A stretch of DNA of 13,085 nucleotides from NCBI RefSeq assembly GCF_006345805.1, contig NW_021826302.1, forward strand, positions 1 to 13,085. Reading direction: 5' to 3'. The notes under the pieces were generated by a model. That model did not search any database. It was given only the letters and a program-made list of their open reading frames with translations, and had not been told where the DNA came from. The stretch comes from Octopus sinensis. Taxonomy: Eukaryota. Both the position numbers and the translations under genes were made by a program. Below, in pieces: positions 7,836-13,085 of the stretch (positions within the stretch are counted from its first letter, which is position 1; every line of letters begins with the position of its first letter).

Positions 7836-7958
7836 AGAATTATCAAAAAGGCAAAAGGCGAAGGTGGTGTAGACAACAAACAGATGTATTAGTATAACGC
7901 TCGGGAAGTGAAAAAGTCTTTAACGTTTTGAGCCTACGCTCTTCCACAGAAAGGAACA
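7833..7958 (-). mobile_element. Short repeat fragment, probably Penelope-like, with a decayed hammerhead motif (7953-7918)
   Basis: Minus RNA: CUUU | CUGUGGAA | GAGC-GUAG-GCUC | AAAA | CG | UU | AAAG. Located between (TA)n and (TG)n tracts. Confidence 0.55.
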
Positions 7959-8004
7959 TATGTGTGTGTGTGTATATATTCCGCGAAAAAACATTTATAG
8001 TGCA

Positions 8005-8295
8005 TTGTTGTTGTTGTTGTTGTTAATTGCAGTCAGTCGTCGCGACTATAGCTGTTCATGGCTTTGGCATGACTTGATAAGCTTTCTCCATACTGGTCAA
8101 TTTTTCTCTTGAGCTTGCCATTTATTATGGTCAATTCTTTTCCACTTCATATTCCATTTTTTTTTTTGCAGTAGCCTTGAATCTCAGTTTCCTCTTACAT
8201 ACTTGAGAGTAAAGGAGTTGTCTGGGGAGTCTGCTGTTGTTCATCCTGTGTACATGTCCAAACAAATGTAAATTTCTATCAACGAGGGATATCCC
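8005..8295 (-). mobile_element. 3' fragment of an RTE-clade LINE (decayed C-terminus, short 3' UTR, (CAA)n tail)
   Basis: Minus strand from 8280 translates DRNLHLFGHVHRMNNSRLPRQLLYSQVCKRKLRFKATAK, then after a frameshift NMKWKRIDHNKWQAQEKN*PVWRKLIKS. This matches the RTE pattern LRWxGHVxRMxxxRLPKxLLY...RxxWR. The (CAA)n tail is at 8005-8024. Confidence 0.8.
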
Positions 8296-8387
8296 TTATA
8301 GGAGCACATTAAAGCATGTAATAAAGGCCCAAATTTGCTTAAAGGATACGGAACGATTTTTTGAGACACGTCATATACGCCATAAAA

Positions 8388-8452
8388 GATGGTGCTACAT
8401 CATTGTATCGAACCCGAAGCCACAAACTTCCGAAGAAAACTGGTAACCACAT
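8388..8452 (-). mobile_element. Highly diverged tRNA-like SINE head (family B-like)
   Basis: ggtgctacatcattgtatcgaacccgaagccaca...aaactggtaaccac aligns loosely to the family B head. B box gggttcgatac on minus. Confidence 0.4.
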
Positions 8453-8914
8453 ATTTTTACCAAATAGTGTATGGAAACCACTGGTGGCTGCTGAAAATTC
8501 CACATTCCACCGACATAATAAACTATGTTTAACTGTTATTGTGTATAATAGCGAGGCATATTTGTCCATGTATTGTTTTAATAAATACTTTTATTTCAAA
8601 TTTTCAAATAAAACAATGCGAAATAAAATTTAAAACAATGAACAATATCCATTTCTTAATTTCTTTATCGTTTTTTTTTTTTAATGTTTTGAAATAATTT
8701 TTGTTTAGTTTTTATTTACATATTTATTTATATATTTATATCATTTTTGTAAAGAATGAAGAAAACAATAAATATTTTATTTAAAAACCATTTAATTTCA
8801 CGCAGTCTCAAAAACAGTAATATACATTTATAACTGCTTATTAATGTTATAATATCTGGAAGGAAATATATATTGCTGAACCAGAAACAAGTGGAAACAA
8901 AAGCAAGGATAATG

Positions 8915-8931
8915 AATAAATAAATAAATAA

Positions 8932-8969
<38 letters not shown>
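8915..8969. repeat. (AAAT)n microsatellite
   Basis: Directly visible. Confidence 0.9.
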
Positions 8970-8970
<1 letters not shown>

Positions 8971-9197
8971 ACCTATTGGAATCAGAATCTGAAGAAAATC
9001 TTTATATCTAAAAAAAAAAAAAAAAAGGTTGGGGAAGATAATTTTGAAGAGAAAAGAAAATACTTGCCCAAAAATGATAGTCTAATTTTGCTGAAGAATG
9101 TAACAGAGGCGAAACTGTGTTTTATTAATGTGACAAATAACATGTAGAAGCGTCTCCTTTGTCTGGAGAAATTTGAGAGACAAATCACTAAATAGAT

Positions 9198-9880
9198 TAC
9201 ACACTTAAACACACACGGATGCACACACAATCACACACACACACACACACACACAATTACACACAGACGCACACACAATTACACACACACGTACACGCAC
9301 ATACATATATACATACAAACAACACAAGATTATAATCATCCAGTTTTTCTTATTAGCCTATCCGAAATAATCATATATTTACACAGATATATATATATAT
9401 TTATATATATATACATACATATGTATGTGTATATACATATGTATGTTTACAAATATATGTATATATATATATATCTATATACATTTACATATAAATATAT
9501 ATATGCCTATATTTATATTTATATATATACATATATATGTGTATGTGTGTATGTATATATATATATATGAATGCATATATGCATGTATGTTTGTGTGTAT
9601 ATATGTATGCATACACGTATACACATACGCACTTATGTAAACTCACTCACAACCTAACACACACACTTACAAACATACGTATATACATACACACATATAT
9701 ATGCATGGTTGATAGTATATGTATATATATATATATATATTTATTTATTTATTTATACAGAAACCCTTTGTGTGTGAGTGTGTGTGTGTTGTGTGCCTCT
9801 GTGTGTGTGTGAGAGTGTGTGTGTTGTGTGCCTCTGTTGTGTGTGTGTGTGTGTATGTGTGTGTGCGTGTTCGTGTGTAT
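9198..9880. repeat. Long compound (CA)n/(TA)n/(TG)n low-complexity tract with a ~30-bp local duplication (gagtgtgtgtgttgtgtgcctctgt)
   Basis: Directly visible. Confidence 0.9.
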
Positions 9881-10088
9881 TTGAATCTGCGTTTGTCCCT
9901 TACCACTGCTTGGCAGTTGGTGTTGGTGTGTTTACGTCCCTTATAATCTAATGTTTCGGCAAATGAGACCGATGTAATAAGTAGTAGGCTTTTAAAAAAT
10001 AAGCACTGGGGTCGTATCATTGATCTAAAATTCTTCAAGGCGGTGCCCCAGCATGGCCGCAGTCTAGTGACTGAAACAAGTAAAAGAT
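9880..10088 (+). mobile_element. SINE family B, 3' half only
   Basis: gtttgtcccttaccactgcttgg...gtgtttacgtccc...ttcggcaaatgagaccgat...ctggggtcg...aaggcggtgccccagcatggccgcagtctagtgactgaaacaagtaaaaga. Confidence 0.85.
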
Positions 10089-10110
10089 TTCATATAAATA
10101 TATATATATA

Positions 10111-10326
10111 TTCTTTTATTATTTTACTTGTTTCAGTCATTTGACTGCGGCCATGCTGGAGCACCGTCTTGAAGGGCTTTAGTCGAAGAAATCGACCCTG
10201 GGACTTAATCTTTGTAAGCCTAATACTTATTCTATCAGATCCTTTGGGGACGCAAACACAGCAACATCGGATGTCACGCAATAGTGGGGCGTCAATCACA
10301 GACACAAAGACATAATCGCGCATAAA

Positions 10327-10400
<74 letters not shown>

Positions 10401-10534
10401 CGACGGGCTTCTTTCAGTTTCCGTCTACCAAATCCACTCACAAGGCTTATAGTAGAAGACACTTGTCCAACGGTACCAAGCAGCGGGACTGAACCCGGAA
10501 CCATGTGGTTGGGAAGCAAGCTTCTTACTACACA
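10111..10534 (-). mobile_element. SINE family B, near full length with internal deletions
   Basis: Homologous to 1068-1554 from the tail through the internal (CA)n(TA)n to the head. Confidence 0.9.
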
Positions 10535-10800
10535 TATATTCTACAGCTATATTATATGAATACATCCATGTACACAACTATATAAATACAAAGCGAGCTT
10601 CGCCCCCTGGTGTCGAAAGACGCCGAGATTACATTGCAGTGAAATCGAACATGAAACATAGAGATAGTTGGAGTGTTCTTAGTCATCTGATACGATTTAC
10701 GCACAAACACACAGACATGAAACAGCTTTTAGCTCCATCTCTCTCAACAGACAGTACAACCTAAACGGTGATTGTCGTACACACTTACACAGTGATGATA

Positions 10801-10950
<150 letters not shown>

Positions 10951-11190
10951 CAGATGCCGTAAAGTGCAGGCTGATACGTATACGCGGAAAAAGTGGAGTT
11001 ACTATGCGTTCGCGTATTACAGAGGCAGACAGGATAGACTCCATGCAGCTGTATGTATATGAGAGTAGTGGAAAGAGTAGGAAGTGTAATGTATAAAGGA
11101 GGGATTGTGTACGTATGGGTCTGTGTATGACGGAGGATGTACGACTGTACGAATGGGGGGGGCTTCTTGAGAGTGGGGACAGTATAACCC

Positions 11191-11575
11191 TTTTTACTCT
11201 TTTACTTGTTTCAGTCATTTGACTGCGGCCATGCTGGAGCACCGCCTTTAGTCGAGCAAATCGACCCCCAGCACTTATTCGTTGTAAGCCTAGTACTTAT
11301 CCTATCGGTTTCTTTTGCCGAACCGCTAAGTTACGGGGACATGAACACACCAGCATCGGTTGTCGAGCGATGTTGGGGGGGGGGACAAACACAGACACAC
11401 AAACACACACACATATATATATATATATACATATACACGACAGGCTTCTTTCAGTTTCCGTCTACCAAATCCACTCACAAGGCTTTGGTCGGCCCGAGGC
11501 TATAGTAGAAGACACTGAACCCAGAACCATGTGGTTGGTAAGCAAGCTACTTACCACACAGCCACTCCTGCGCCT
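11191..11575 (-). mobile_element. SINE family B, complete 5' and 3' ends, CORE-like motif deleted
   Basis: Minus begins aggcgcaggagtggctgtgtggtaagtagc and ends gaaacaagtaaaagagtaaaaa. On + it reads gaagacact|gaaccc where other copies have ~26 extra bp. Confidence 0.92.
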
Positions 11576-11620
11576 ATGTATGACAGTAGTGAAGTAGTAT
11601 ATGTATGACAGTAGTGAAGT
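11575..11620. repeat. 25-bp-period duplication (tatgtatgacagtagtgaagt x2)
   Basis: Identical 21-mers at 11575-11595 and 11600-11620. Confidence 0.85.
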
Positions 11621-11711
11621 GAGGAGGAACTGTAGTGACTACAGAGGGAGCTGTGTCCGTTTGCGTCTGTATGGCGGAGATGAAGGGACTGAAACTGTAT
11701 AATTATATATA

Positions 11712-11932
11712 TCTTTATCATTATTTTGTTTCAGGCATTACACAGCGACCATGCTGGGGTACCGCCTTGAAGACTTTTTAGTCGAATGAAACGACCCCAG
11801 TATTTATTTTGTTTCTTAGCGTGGTACTTACTCTATCGACCTTTTTGCCGAACCGCAAAGTTACAGGTGCGTAAACGCATCAACACTAGTTGTGAAGCGG
11901 AGGTGAGGGACAAACACACAAACACACAAACA

Positions 11933-12002
<70 letters not shown>

Positions 12003-12161
12003 CACACACACACACGTATATATATACGATGGGCTTCTTTCAGTTTCCGTCTACCAAATCCACTCACGAGACTATAGCAGAAGACACTTGTCCAAGGTTC
12101 TATGCTGTGGAACTGAACCCGGAATCCTGTGGTTGGGGAGCAAACTTCTTATCACACAGCC
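11712..12161 (-). mobile_element. SINE family B, diverged near full-length copy
   Basis: Homologous to the other B copies, with a long internal (CA)n. Confidence 0.88.
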
Positions 12162-12301
12162 TCATAAATTCTTCATAAATTATCAACGGAACTAATGTCT
12201 GTATCAAAGTTATTTTTACCCTTCTCACCTCCTTCTAGCATTATCCTTTCGTTCTCTTATAAATATTTTAGAAGACAACGAAAAAAATCTAGTTAAATAT
12301 T

Positions 12302-12525
12302 TTATTCACCCTCCCTATCATCTTTGAAGCTTTGGATGTCACCGTTGTAGCTGTCTTGAAATTCTTTTTCAATGCTGCCATATTTCAGACTTTCAAATTC
12401 TTCACTGCTGTTCTCACCTTCTTCGTAAATCTATCCATCTTCCATGTCATCTGAAGTATTTCTAATATCCATTCCTTGAAATTTTTGACAATATCTTCAT
12501 TCATGACAGCCAGTTTGCGACGTCT
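12302..12525 (-). pseudogene. Possible decayed acidic coding fragment (transposase N-terminus-like)
   Basis: Minus: RRRKLAVMNEDIVKN, frameshift, then MDIRNTSDDMEDG*IYEEGENSSEEFESLKYGSIEKEFQDSYNGDIQSFKDDREGE*. Composition-based evidence only. Confidence 0.25.
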
Positions 12526-12631
12526 TCAACCCACTGAAAATTCTTTCGCAATACCGAGTCTCTTTATACGTCAACTAAATGGCTGAGTTTAAGGATTAGG
12601 AGTAAAGTTTGGAGAAGTTAAAACAAAGTTG

Positions 12632-12692
12632 ATCTCAAAGGGATTTGAACCCAGAACACAAAGGTACATAACAAAATACCGCCAGACATTTA
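12632..12692 (-). mobile_element. Diverged SINE family A head fragment
   Basis: ggatttgaacccagaac...aaataccgccagacattt parallels ggaatttgaactcagaac...aaataccgctaagcattt. Confidence 0.5.
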
Positions 12693-12740
12693 AATTTAAA
12701 CCTGTCGTCCACTGTTTCTACCGCGAGTTCTTTCAAAATT

Positions 12741-13085
12741 GACAAATAACTATTTCTTTACTACCCACAAGGGGCTAAACACGGAGAGGACAAACAAGGA
12801 CAGCCAAACGGATTAAGTCGATTATATCGACGCCAGTGCGTAACTGGTACTTATTTAATCGACTCCGAAAGGATGAAATGCAAAGTCGACCTCGGCGGAA
12901 TTTGAAATCAGAACGTAACGGCAGACGAAATACCTATTTCTTTACTACCCACAAGGGGCTAAACACAGAGAGGACAAACAAGGACAGCAAATGGATTAAG
13001 TCGATTATATTTTACCCCAGTGCATACTGGTACTTAATTGTCGACCCCGAAAGCATGAAGGCAAAGTCGACCTCGGCGGGGCGAA
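12741..13085 (-). mobile_element. SINE family A tandem multimer (runs to the window end)
   Basis: Two units with period 184 and the same junction gcagacgaaatacc|tatttcttta (12921-12944) as at 3974-3997. Confidence 0.9.

Noticed and set aside
10590-10690. Possible very old SINE head (gcagtgaaatcgaacatgaaac)
   Set aside because: There is only a loose B-box-like match and the boundaries cannot be defined.

Overview
AT-rich, repeat-dense eukaryotic non-coding DNA (intergenic or intronic). It is most likely from an octopus genome, an inference from my recollection of the two dominant tRNA-derived SINE families. No intact protein-coding gene is supported: the ORF track mostly reads through microsatellites and SINEs. 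The window holds about 15 SINE copies or fragments, a hAT-type MITE with a nested non-autonomous Helitron, a probable solo LTR, a 3' RTE-LINE fragment, a piggyBac-like MITE remnant and many microsatellites. The most notable element (7185-7788) sits inside a (TA)n tract. It is a 360-bp unit followed by a partial direct repeat and inverted copies, an arrangement typical of Penelope-like pseudo-LTRs or retrozymes. Its minus strand carries a minimal type I hammerhead ribozyme (7444-7402) with a U3-A8 core instead of C3-G8 and a palindromic ACCGGU stem III, at the tip of a ~130-nt rod. A second, decayed hammerhead of a different family lies about 130 bp beyond it. One SINE family also forms head-less ~184-bp tandem multimers with the same junction at two separate loci.
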